DNA of 64,000 nucleotides from Cirrosporium novae-zelandiae. Taxonomy: Eukaryota. Within the stretch, counting starts at the first letter, position 1. Each line of letters begins with the position of its first letter. The stretch lies in contig JAPETS010000024.1 in assembly GCA_026023565.1 (NCBI GenBank), positions 62,001-126,000 of the forward strand. The letters run 5' to 3'. The notes under the pieces are model-generated. The model searched no databases. It saw only the letters and a list, made by a program, of their open reading frames with translations, and was not told the DNA's origin. Of the stretch, positions 21,534-32,721 are shown piece by piece. A program made the translations under genes and the position numbers.

Positions 21534-23589
21534 GTCGTGGATATGAGGCGGGGATCAATTAAAAGTCGTTAGTATTAAGAGTCGAACGATAACTTTATAG
21601 TTAGTTGAAAGCTTCGCGACTAGTCCTTTACTTAAGTTAGAACAGGAATTCATATAACCTCTTTCAAATATTTTTGGAACTCACTGTCAGAGTGGTTTTG
21701 GTGAACGAGTGAAATTGACAGGTCGGCAAGAAAAGGAGTGTCTGGTCGAGAGAATCATATATTAGCATTTCATTCATATCAGATACTCTGTGCTTGTAGA
21801 AACATGGAAAGTGGGATTTTTAGAGAGAAGTGGAAAGTGAAGTGAGCTTGCAACCCAAGGTAACCATGAGGGGCCACTTACTCTTGTCGAAGCACTATCT
21901 GCAGTATTCAGATTTAAAATCTTGAAAACGAGTGTGGCGGGATCTAAACCCCAGGAAAAATCGAAAACCAGTCTCAGGCCCAAGACCTGCTCTGAACTAG
22001 TTGAAATGAGCTGGCTCAGACAAACGTAGACGATGCTCTGGACCTGCCGTAACGATAAGGTACAGGTAATTCAGCAACCCAAGGATAGACGCGTAAAAAA
22101 GTCTAGCACGATCCAGTCGGCTATCAACAGCGCAAATGTCCCAATTGACAAACTCTTTGTTTTATTCTACCGCGAATTTCCAATTCGTGAACCAGAAGGA
22201 TTGTCTCAGTCAGGTTCTTTCACCTCGTGTTCTGAAACAATGAGCCTCTTGTCCTTCTTTGACGTGGAAACGTAACCAACTCGAGTTGTAGTCCAGAACA
22301 ATCTTAAAGATTCGAAGGTGTCGTTTAATGGTGTAGTGCTGGTTTAAGATGTGCGGGAATGGACGCAAGGGGGTGAATAGCGATTGTTTGAAAAAACAAA
22401 GGAGTGTATCAACGACAAAGGTTGTCAATGGCCGTATGGGTTTTCTCCGAGACGAATATTCGAACGAGGAATTGGGAATGGTATTGTATGTATAGCGAGC
22501 GTATGAAGGATATAGATCCTTAAAGAACGTGTCGTGAGTCGTAGGACGGAGTTTATTTGGGAAAATGATTTGTCTGCGACTGAGGTTTGAAGATTGAGGT
22601 TAAGACGAAGGTCGAAATCAGCGCAAATGCTATCGGTCGTTGGGAGGACGTCGACGACGGCGAAGCATAAGGGGCCGTAAAGAGAAGAAGGTGGGTGAAT
22701 GTTAGAAAGATTGAAGAGAAGGAAAAAGATAGTTAGAGAGAACAGGGTAAGGTGGTAGAGAGAGGAATGACGGGGGGGGGGGGGGTAGGCGGAGTTGAAG
22801 ATGAACTTGGACTATGGACCTTGAACGGCTTTGGAATTGAAGGTGTCAAGGCGAAGCGGAGGAGAGGTTTTGGTTCTATCGACCAGGGGAGTCTAACTTA
22901 GAAAGTACAGGAACTTCTAACTGAAGTTAACTCAATCATACTAAGTCGACTTCCCGTTTTCTCGGTTGCAGCAACTAAATGACCTTAGTCGGGCTGAGAC
23001 ACTACATAAGCTCCGGGCGTTGATTTTAGAAAAAGAGAAGAAAAAGACACTGAGAGGGGGGACCACCACCACTAACACCACCCCCCCACATAACCCCCCA
23101 GGGACAACCCACCCCCTCCCCATCATCATCTCAACGCCGAATGATTGCGATAATTGACTTCTTGACCCTTGAAGACTTAAGATAGAAAGAACACAACAGC
23201 TTTTCCCTTGTTAAGGAATTCTAGGGTCTGATAGTTTTCTTCTATTCTTCTTTTATTTTAATTTTTAATTTTTAATTTTGCGGATCAAGTTCCCGACTCT
23301 TGGTCCATGAACTGGACGAATTAAAGTATTGCGACCGCTGGGCCATACCGGCATGGCCATTTGTGCTATTTAAACCGTCGTTTTGATATTTTCTGATTTC
23401 AGTGGAAAGGACCAACAGCAAAGAAGTATAGCAGCGCTTGGTTAAGATGGGGGGTCAAGGGTGATACCCCCCGGTACAACCATCATGCCTGTTCATCTGC
23501 CACATTCCGACGGATACAATCAAGACTTTTTGATAATAATATGTACCAACTAAGACGCTCAATCAAACAAACAGTCATGCTTTTCGAAT

Positions 23590-23730
23590 TGTGCCTCTGT
23601 GCCTCTCTGTGTGCCTTCTCAGCCTTTGTGTCGTTGACTCATTGTGTGTGCCTTTGTGCCTTTGTGCCTTTGTGCCATTGTGCCATTGTGCCTTTTTCTC
23701 TCTCGGGCTCTCTCAGCCTTTGTGCCCCGT
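23590..23730. repeat. Short tandem array of 8-bp TTGTGCC(T/A)-like units upstream of msb2
   Basis: ...tgtgcctttgtgcctttgtgcctttgtgccattgtgccattgtgcc... with further dispersed copies on both sides. Confidence 0.8.
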
Positions 23731-25688
23731 GTTACCCTTGTTGTGCCGCTGCATCATCCATCCATCTTCTTCTCACCTCCTCCTCCACCTCCTCCTCATC
23801 ATCATCCTACGAATCTCACTTAATGTAATATAACATATCCAAATATATTAATATTTACAACCATCTTAAAATGTGTCAGCAAGTTGGGATCACCCAGCCT
23901 TATCAAATCTCACCCCCCCCCCCTTCTTCTTCTTCTTCTTCTTCTCTTCAGGATCAAAAGTAGATGAATTACTTGAAAATGATGGATAATGCATGAGATG
24001 CAGGGCTGACTCGAATCAGGGTCTTTGTTCACTAAAATACTGCGAGGTACTGAGTACATATCGTTACTACTACTCACTTACTTTCCATGTTACTTGTAGT
24101 TGTTCAGATTGGTAGTATTACTGGAAGAGTACTGGAAGAACATGTCGCGAGATTACTCCATCTGGCCAACTACCCTTCCACGATACGGCAGTTCGCATTA
24201 GGTCCAAGGAAGAAAAGGTACATAGGCAAGTTTACTGAGATGGCATGGTACATGATTATCTTGGGACGGATACATCAGAAGATACCTAGGTAGTTAATCT
24301 GAATGTTCACTAGTTAGTCTAACTATTCCCTCAGTTAATCCCATGCTAATGCCTACTTTCTTCCATTCCCCTGCCCTGTCCTGCCCTGCCCTGTCCTGTC
24401 CTGTCCTGGTCCTGCCCTCCCCACTTCCTTCGGCAGATGAGAGTTCCAATCTTTTTCTTCTTTTTCTTTTTCGAAAACCGATGGACCATTTTGAAAAGAT
24501 GAATTTTACAAAAAAAAAACATATTAAATGACCAAGGATGAGGGAACATAATATTAACTAATTAGATAGATAATAACAAATAATATATCCTCAAACGGTC
24601 ATCTGAGCGAAAAAAAGGACTTGTATTGTACATGTACAAGAAGGAAGGAGAGATTTGTGGCTCAGCTCACCGGGATTTTTGTCCAAAGAGTCCGAGGGGG
24701 AAATTAGGTAAATTAGGTGTGCGCAAAGGACTGGGGCCAAGTTTCATGTCCCCCTCTCAGGGCCATCCACGACTCCCAGGGGTACGAATCAAAGCCTTAT
24801 TGCTATCAAAACTGGACTCGGAACAACTTCTCTGAACTCAACCCAGGTAATTAAGGTACCTTCCAAGCAAAGCAATTCTAGACAAATCGAACATCCCATC
24901 TCTTCTTTCTTTTCCACTTTTTTTTTTTTTTTTTAATTATTTTATTTTTTTAGGACTCCACTTGTCACAGATTCAAAACTTTTTAATTAATTTTTTAAAT
25001 CCATCTTTCCATAATGCCCGTTGTCAATCAATTTCCCTTTCAGATATGCATACATAGTACGAGCAATGATAATTATTAGATAAAGTGCCGATACGGAAAA
25101 CGGATCGCGTCACGCATGTGCATGTGGCTTTTCAATAAATAAAAAGCCCTATGTATTCATTATTCCCCCTCATCGGTTTCTATTATTTAGTGCCATTATT
25201 CACAGCTGCAGTTGGGCTTGCGAATCTTTACGAATTCTCTCCATTTCAACTGGATGGGTGGCATGCGTCACTAAACATTTCAACCTCCAGCGTTAAAGTG
25301 GCCGACGACCGATATCCATTGGAACGTGGGGAAATAATCCCCTTCGATGTTCGTCGTTGTTGTTGGTCCCTTGGATCGCCAGCAAATAAGAAATGCTTTC
25401 GGAAGCTGACTGCAGTAAAATCTACATTACGTGGAGGATAAACTATTCCGAGGGAATGAACCAAGGATTCAATAACTTATTCTTTCAAGGTGCCTACGTA
25501 GCTAGTTTTTAACTACACAGTCGCTCATACTAACTAAACAGCCCAAAACCCATTGTCCGCCATCCTGATACCATATCCCCGCCCTCGTCAGAATGCCGCG
25601 ATTGTCAACAGAAAAAGAGAGTGGTGTGGTATTTCCAAATCCCATGAATTACAGTCATAAAATCATAAGTCTTGAATTCTTCCAGGAT

Positions 25689-28600
25689 TTAAAATCCCTG
25701 AGGTCCTTTCCCATCAGCACCGCCGGTGCGGAAGTATTCACCGACTACTCCGATTGCATAGCAACAGCCTGCAGTCCATACCCCTAACCACGTCATTCTC
25801 TTTACAATCTTTCTCGTCTTCTCTTTTCTCTTCCCCTCCTTGGTCTTCTTGCCTGGCCCTGAAAATACTGACTCTTGTCGTTTGACTTTCGGGCCTGCTG
25901 AATACCTCAAGCCGGACATATTTAAAGCACTGGGTTCTTTGGATAGAGGAGAAGAACAGGATCCAAGGGGTTCTGAAGTTTGAGGGATTATAGATGGCTG
26001 CGTTCCCTCGAGTTTCGGATCCACTCCATTTTGTATCCTCTTGAAGATAAGCACATCTCCTTTCCCCGAGACTATCTCGTAGCCAGCTGCTTGAATTGAT
26101 TTGAACCATGGAAGAAATTTTGCCGGGTGCTGGAGGTTCATAAGAGCTTGTGATGTGGGTAGTGGTTCCTGATCATAAGAAGATAAAGATGTGACATCTG
26201 AAACGTTCATCGTCTCTGTGGATGGATCATATGCTAGTACCATGTAGTGAACAGAACCAGGTGGGCTTTTTGGTGTTGAATCCATCTTAGCGGATGGTTT
26301 GCGGTCATCTTTCGTTTTTGATTTGAGATCAGCTTTTCGTACATTGGGCTGTACGTTTTTCTGGGTTCCAGGCGTGGGCTTAATAGTGTCTTTGACTCGA
26401 ATCTTCTGTGGCAAGTCATCATCCTTAAATTGGCGAGAGCCAACTTGGTCTTCATACTTTCTCAACGCTTTATCCACTTTGGTTTGTGGGGGACGGTCAT
26501 TCTTGGTCAGTATTTCTTGGGCAAGATTGTCCGGTTGGAATTGGTAGGGACCAACTTTGTCCTCATGTTTTTTCAAAGCTTCCTCTAGCTCGGTCCTGGG
26601 AGATTCTTTCTTTGACGTGATCTCTTGCGCTAGTTTATCGGGTTTGAACTGATATGGGCGAGCTTCAATTTCGTGTTTCTTTAAGGCCTCCTCCACTTTA
26701 GTTTCCAAACGGTCATTCTTTGATAATATCTCCTGAGCAAGGTTGTCTGGCTTGTATCTGTAGGGTCCCATCATCTCCTCGTATGCTTTCAAAGCCTCAT
26801 CGACTTTAGTACTGGCACTTTCATTTTTCTTCAAGATTTCTTGGGCTAAGTTGTCTGGTTTAAACGAACTCCCATCTAGACCATTCACATTCTCGTACTT
26901 TGAGAGATATGAGCAAAGTTTGGCATACTGGTGTTGTGTCTTGAGCTCCTGGGCAAGATTGTCCGGCTTGTACTTATAGTGATCTGGGCCCATCTTCTCT
27001 TCGTAAATTGATAATGCCTCTCGCACTTTACTGTTAGCGTCTGTAAGGGTCTCGCTATGATTCTCATTAGAGTAGCTAGCATTTGGCTGTTTGTTTTCAT
27101 ATTCAGCTAGAGCTTTCCGGACCACAAGATTGGGATCTTGCGGCTGCTTTGTAGTTTCCTTTTTGTAACCGGTGGCTCTCTTCTCGTATTCTGTGAGCGC
27201 CTGTCGAACTGCTTCGTTGGGATCTTGAGATGGATTTTGTAATGGCTTTCCTTGTCGGTGCCTGGAGTTTAGGGTCCCATATGTATCTTCGTAAATGCTA
27301 CGAATTTCACGAGCAAGCTCTCTATCTCTTTTCTCCTCGCCCTCTATTCTGGCAGTATCGCTATAGTCCATGGGTCTTGATGTGCTACTATCGACATCTC
27401 CAGATTTATTCGAGTCCGTAAATTTAGGCGAGCTAGTACCTAGCTTTGGGACTGTTGACTTGGGAGCAAACTTTCCCACATCAGGTGAAATATCCCCTTC
27501 AGCTAGCTGGTGATGATGTAGGTGAGACGTTTTCTTTGCATCTCTTGGAAACTCTGCTGACCCCATAGCTGACTTGTGAGTTTGGACCTCTTTTTCATAT
27601 ACGTTTTGAAGTCTTTCCTTTGTTTTTTCAACTGCATCCTTTTCTAGGTTGGCTTTTCGTTGGACCTTTGAAGAGTTTTGTGTAGATCCTCGTTCGATCT
27701 TTTCGGGGTTAACATGTTTAAGAAGCTTCTCCTCCAAAGAGTCTTTGACCTCTTGAGTGTCTCTGGAAGCTACCCGCATGTCACTTGGTCGAAAGAGTTT
27801 GATTTCTTCATCCAACCGTTTCCTGATATAGTCACCAAGCGGATCTTTTGACTTGTTTTCTAGCATGCGAGCCCATTCTTCAGATGATTTCTGCATGCGA
27901 TCTAAGGATGACTCTATCTTTGAAGATAGGGTAAACCCGCTAGGTATTGAAGGATTTAGTGCTTGATGGGAAGGTTTCTTGAGTTTCTGCTCATCAATGA
28001 CGAAAGACTTTTTCACGGGTAAATTTATCGGTTCTGAGCCCGATTCTAGTTTCTGGTCTGGTAATGGTCGTGGGGCGGAAGGCTTTGGTATCTTTCTCAT
28101 TGTAATTAGATCGATATCATAATCTTCATCAAAGCTGCTATTTGATCGTGCCGCTTCGGATGTGGTTGATGCACTTGGAGTGGGTGCTGGGTCACTAGAA
28201 GGCTTTGGTTTTGGCGGTACCTGGCCAGCAGACTCAGTTGGCTTCTCTTTGGGATGTGTTGCAGAATTGCTATTGCTTGTTCCCCACATGCCAAATACCG
28301 CTCCAAAGGGGTCTCTATCAATTATTCTCTTAAACTCTTCAAATTTACGGTCCATCTTGTCTTTCTCTACCTTCATGATTGACTCAAAATCATCCTCTAC
28401 TTCTTTTCTATCTGTTTTGTTGTCAGAAAAGGTCTCGTCTGTATCTGTCCATCTTCCTCCAAACCTGCCCCATGGGTTCCCAATACGCCAGGGACCACGT
28501 TCTGGGTGACATTGAGGTCTAAACCCTTGGTCCCGAAGGCTTTTTCGTCGAAGTGCTTGGGCATACTTCAGTTGTGCAATTCGGGCTTTCCGTGACATGA

Positions 28601-28820
28601 GCTCTCGAAATTCTGGGTCGAGGTACGAGTTCCATGATCTTGGACGGCCCCACCAAAAATTACGAGAGACATGGCCGGCATAAGCGTGCGATCTAATATG
28701 CTTCAAATTATGGCCATTGCTCTGTATGAGAGCTGTGGTACGGGCAGTTCGAAAGGTTGAGGACTGGAGCGAGCTCGACAAGGCACGCGACCCTGGAGCT
28801 AGTGGAGAAGATGCTACCAT
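25689..28820 (-). CDS. Uncharacterised fungal protein (1043 aa), predicted mitochondrial presequence and C-terminal TM, with internal repeats
   Basis: Long single-exon ORF with an Arg/Ser/Leu-rich N-terminus lacking acidic residues. Family-like blocks include IDRDPFGAVFG, YDIDLITMRK, ELAREIRSIYEDTYG, YMVLAYDP and HPAKFLP..GYEIVSG.GDVLIFKR. The C-terminal hydrophobic segment is MTWLGVWTAGCCYAIGVVGEYF. Confidence 0.88.
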   Translation of the reverse strand: MVASSPLAPGSRALSSSLQSSTFRTARTTALIQSNGHNLKHIRSHAYAGHVSRNFWWGRPRSWNSYLDPEFRELMSRKARIAQLKYAQALRRKSLRDQGFRPQCHPERGPWRIGNPWGRFGGRWTDTDETFSDNKTDRKEVEDDFESIMKVEKDKMDRKFEEFKRIIDRDPFGAVFGMWGTSNSNSATHPKEKPTESAGQVPPKPKPSSDPAPTPSASTTSEAARSNSSFDEDYDIDLITMRKIPKPSAPRPLPDQKLESGSEPINLPVKKSFVIDEQKLKKPSHQALNPSIPSGFTLSSKIESSLDRMQKSSEEWARMLENKSKDPLGDYIRKRLDEEIKLFRPSDMRVASRDTQEVKDSLEEKLLKHVNPEKIERGSTQNSSKVQRKANLEKDAVEKTKERLQNVYEKEVQTHKSAMGSAEFPRDAKKTSHLHHHQLAEGDISPDVGKFAPKSTVPKLGTSSPKFTDSNKSGDVDSSTSRPMDYSDTARIEGEEKRDRELAREIRSIYEDTYGTLNSRHRQGKPLQNPSQDPNEAVRQALTEYEKRATGYKKETTKQPQDPNLVVRKALAEYENKQPNASYSNENHSETLTDANSKVREALSIYEEKMGPDHYKYKPDNLAQELKTQHQYAKLCSYLSKYENVNGLDGSSFKPDNLAQEILKKNESASTKVDEALKAYEEMMGPYRYKPDNLAQEILSKNDRLETKVEEALKKHEIEARPYQFKPDKLAQEITSKKESPRTELEEALKKHEDKVGPYQFQPDNLAQEILTKNDRPPQTKVDKALRKYEDQVGSRQFKDDDLPQKIRVKDTIKPTPGTQKNVQPNVRKADLKSKTKDDRKPSAKMDSTPKSPPGSVHYMVLAYDPSTETMNVSDVTSLSSYDQEPLPTSQALMNLQHPAKFLPWFKSIQAAGYEIVSGKGDVLIFKRIQNGVDPKLEGTQPSIIPQTSEPLGSCSSPLSKEPSALNMSGLRYSAGPKVKRQESVFSGPGKKTKEGKRKEKTRKIVKRMTWLGVWTAGCCYAIGVVGEYFRTGGADGKGPQGF
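26400..27230 (-). repeat. Internal ~36-38 aa tandem repeat (KV.EAL..YE...GPY.(F/Y)KPDNLAQEI)
   Basis: Five PD(N/K)LAQE copies, one degenerate DDDLPQK copy, and two upstream QDPN..VR.AL.EYE half-repeats in the translation. Confidence 0.9.
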
Positions 28821-29817
28821 GACGAGGAACTATCGCATACTCTGAAGTTAGGATATTTAGACGTAGATAATTGACTTGAGATGTATAGTAAAGATCAAGG
28901 GGAGAGATGAATTGATGTGTCTAAATGGATGTGTCTAGCTAGCTCTTGGGGGGAAGCAAGTTCTAGGCTTGATAGCTCTCTAGGCTTGGGCTTCCCATGG
29001 AATGATGGAGGTATGAAAGTAGGAGAATAGATCATTCGAAGAAACAGTGGGAGATTGAGAGATTAAGAGATTGCGAGCTTGCGAGCTTGGTTGTAGATGG
29101 GAGGTAGATGGATGAGCTACGTCGTTCCTGTAGTACCGTCTAGGCCGCAGGGAAACTGTAATATGAATGATGGAGGGGGCTGATACCACTATTGGTTACT
29201 GTAACTGCGGGGTACAAGTTAATGGCCGAGGGGAAGACCGGAGACTCTATCAGTGAAGTCGGGTAAACATGGGGCCTTAGCCCAGCAACCTATTATCATC
29301 AACAATAACCAGATAACAAATAATTAAGGGAGACCAACTCTCAAATAATTCTTATAGAAAGTATTTCTGTCTTCACATCTTAATTTATTGCATCAAAGTT
29401 CCATATCGTGAAAACGAGTGCGATTTGATAAATATAATATCCGTGGTGTTCCTGCAACACTGACGTAACCTGTCCCCCCTCGGAAATTGAGTTTATTTAC
29501 TCGGACTTTGGGAAAGTATCGTATTTGCCGTGGAAATTAGAACATGCAATTATATATACCTTCAACATCTGGTACTACCGGATAGAAAGCAACGGATAAA
29601 CATTGGCACCAGTACTATAACCGTATCATCGACAGGAAATTTATTCTATGAACGTTAAGCTTACATGCAAGAAGATAAGCAGTGAATAGGCTTCAGTTTA
29701 TTCACACTACATTAGCAAAGCCTTATCTAAAAACTAGAGGGGGTTCGTAGATACAAATTCTAGCCTTGAGGTATATACAAACGCTTTAAAAAATTCTATG
29801 AGACCAAGAGATCCAAA

Positions 29818-31922
29818 TCAAAATCCATGTGGCACATCTTTCTTATCAACCAGAAAATGATTCTCCCAAAAGCGCAAGCCTTCTGCGCCTTCTTCACGGC
29901 ACAGGATGCCTTTATCTTCTGCCATCTCCAATTCCTCACTGGCAACCCCAACACTCCATCTAAATTTATGAGCAGCTTCTTGGACAGTAACTCCTCGGCC
30001 AAATTGAACCCAATCCCAGTTAGCTGTACCCTCAGGAGGTGCCGAATGAAGTTCATGGAACCAGTTAAGTAACTGTCGAATAGTTTTCTCATCGCTCCAA
30101 TCATGAGACTGAACAACGAGCAGACCACTTTTGAATTGTCTCAGTCGAACAGGGAGTTTAAGTTTCTCCCAGAGACGAGCAGCTTTTTCAAAATCCGAGG
30201 GACTAACGAGCTCTACCCCGCCTCGACTACGATTGAAGACAGCCCATAGATCGACAAGACTTATGATCCCCCCTTCTTGACGGAGAACGCCCTTAGAGTC
30301 GTCGGTCAGATATTCTGCCAACGTTCTTGCTAGTTCTGAAAGGTAGAGGTTCTCAGAAGCATTCCCCGACCCCATCATGTCTTTTGTTACCACCACTCCA
30401 AGAGCAGTTGCCGATTCAGAGAGCAGAGCATCCGCATCAGAAGATTCTCCATTAGTTGTACTCCTGGCCTCTATACTAAAGGTTTCAGCAAGGGCCATTA
30501 TCTCCTTTGCTGATGCCATCAGGGCTTCTAAATCCTCAAAGGCGTTGCCGATGACGAGCTCATTATTTTTTCTTCTGTCAAGCCCACGACGCTCAAGACC
30601 GGCAATCCCCACAGAACGTTTTGGTTCACTTGGCACAGGCTGTAGGTCTGATTTTGGAAGAAGAGGATCTCTGTTGACAGTTTGAATAGGATACGTTGGT
30701 TCAGGGATAGGAGGAGCACTTTGCAAAATCCATCGTCTCTGGATCATGGCTCCTTTGAAATGTTCATAGAACTTCTTTTCCCCTCCAGCACGGAACGCTA
30801 TTTTTATCCCAGCAGCAACATCTGCATCATTTAAACTCAATCCACTTCGCAGAGGTCCAGGTGAGTCAGTACGATCTGGAAGATTTGTGCTTTCATCATA
30901 TATTGTTTGAGGCCTCGACATAGAGTCTGCAAGAGGAGCCCCGCACATTTCGCACGATAGTAGAGAGTAATGATTCGAAAAGGTACATCTCGGGCAGGAT
31001 ATGGAAGAATTTCCTGTAGAAGACGGTCCTGTTGAACTGAAGACCCCGCCTATATCATTGATAGAAAGATCTTCGAGCCCCGAGGCTTGACGGTTTTGCT
31101 GTTCAGCGACCGGGCCAATAGACAAAGCCGACCTTCCCGATGCAGCTGCGATAGCAGCTTTCAGCACATGAGCGACATCCGGTTTGATCCCACAGGCAAG
31201 ACATGGTGGCACCTCCCTATTCACGCTCACACTTCGAGGGTCAAAGTTAGAGGGTACAGGATTCGAAAATGAGCATATCGAACATATCCATGTTCCATGC
31301 GAGGCGGCTGGTGGAGGCGGGGCGGGTTGAACCCTAAACGGGCTCTCCTTTCTTGGGACAGGGGACCCATTCGAGCTTCGAGAGATGGGCGGCAAGGACG
31401 CTTGATTCGAGGGCAATCCTGACACGCTACGACTTTGGTTTCCTAGAGAAAGATATGGTTTTGGATAGAGTGTAAGCTTAGGTGACGACTTGAGAAAGCC
31501 ACCCTGATCTGTCAGAAAAGTCAACAGTATAGGATCAAATCTCTCACATAGAACTCATAGCGATCAACATCTCTAAGACTAACTGCAATCGAATTGGCCC
31601 GAGGTTTTTCGTTATCAACATAACACAATCGCAAGGACGTCAGATAAGCATGGCCTCGTTGGAAACCTGGTATCTTTTCATTGCTGGAAGTCAGAGGGGG
31701 TTAGCAATCTTGACTTGAGAAATTTAACGTAGGGTAAAGAGAACCAATAAAACACATAAGCGATGCATGGAAGTTTTTGGAAAGCCGACTGATTTGAAAG
31801 AAAGCAAGATATTGGACATACCCCTCATATAAACCTACGGCATCTTGAATGCAGACCAGAAGTTCATCCGGGAGTAGAGAAGGACGCAAGGCCGGGGTCA
31901 GGTCCAAGGACTGCAGAAACAT
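29818..31922 (-). CDS. VPS36: ESCRT-II subunit Vps36, 3 exons (31922-31822, 31683-31548, 31503-29818)
   Basis: Split GLUE domain (LDLTPALRP..L.DE...IQDAVGLYEG; GHAYLTSLRLCYVD; GFLKSSPK) with two inserted NZF fingers (WICSICSFSN..CLACG; CPRCTFSNH...CEMCG). The C-terminal EAP30 region reads AFEDLEALMASAKE...LYLSELAR...ELVSP.D. Confidence 0.96.
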
Positions 31923-32363
31923 TCGGCCGATCCTTCAACCTGCATTATATAATATAAAAAAATAGGTTAGGGATCTAGAAAGAGTTCTGCTGTTGCAGTG
32001 TGGCATGCTGATCCCAAAATAAGCAGGACTCACAAACCCGTACCTTCACTATTTGTGTTAGGGATCAAAAGTGTGATGTAGAAAGGATGTAGATTTGTAG
32101 AGAAAGAGGTAGTTATATACCCCGCAGGGGGCCTGTGCTCAAGATTAGTAACTACAATTAACAGGAAAGGCAACAACACAGCAGTTCCATAATAATTTAC
32201 CCAAATATAAAATCAAAAAAATGATTCCAAGGAAGCCTTTAAATAAAATCAGTTTTCAATAACAATTTAATTTGAAGGCCTCCTTAAAGGTCAAAAGATA
32301 AAGATTGATTTTGCGAGTCTCGCTTATTTTGGGAGTCGCGTGTGTGGACTGGACTGGGGGTGA

Positions 32364-32370
32364 TCACGTG
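32364..32370. promoter_or_regulatory. TCACGTG E-box (Cbf1/bHLH-type) in the divergent vps36/thp3 promoter
   Basis: Exact TCACGTG, immediately upstream of a CT-rich tract leading to thp3. It is a single motif and could occur by chance. Confidence 0.3.
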
Positions 32371-32721
32371 CCTTGACTAAATGTCACTCGGGCCCTTGGG
32401 CGGATTCATAACCACACTTTCACCTCATACTTAGTCGGTTCTTATTCTCTCAAATTCACCCCTACCTTCCATTAACATTCCATGTAACTACCCTTCGCTC
32501 ACCTTTTGATATACAGCACCGTACCTTACAAAGCAATTAATCGCTTTGTCTCCTTCTGCGTTTTAAATCTCAAGTCGTCTTTGACAGATGAGATCTTTGA
32601 TGATCTAAGACTCTGTATTCACCGACTCTAGTAAATATCCTTCATCACTACCCTTTCCTGCACACAACAAATCCTACCGGCGTGCTTTGAGATTATAAGT
32701 CAGAACTGCACTGTTTATAAA

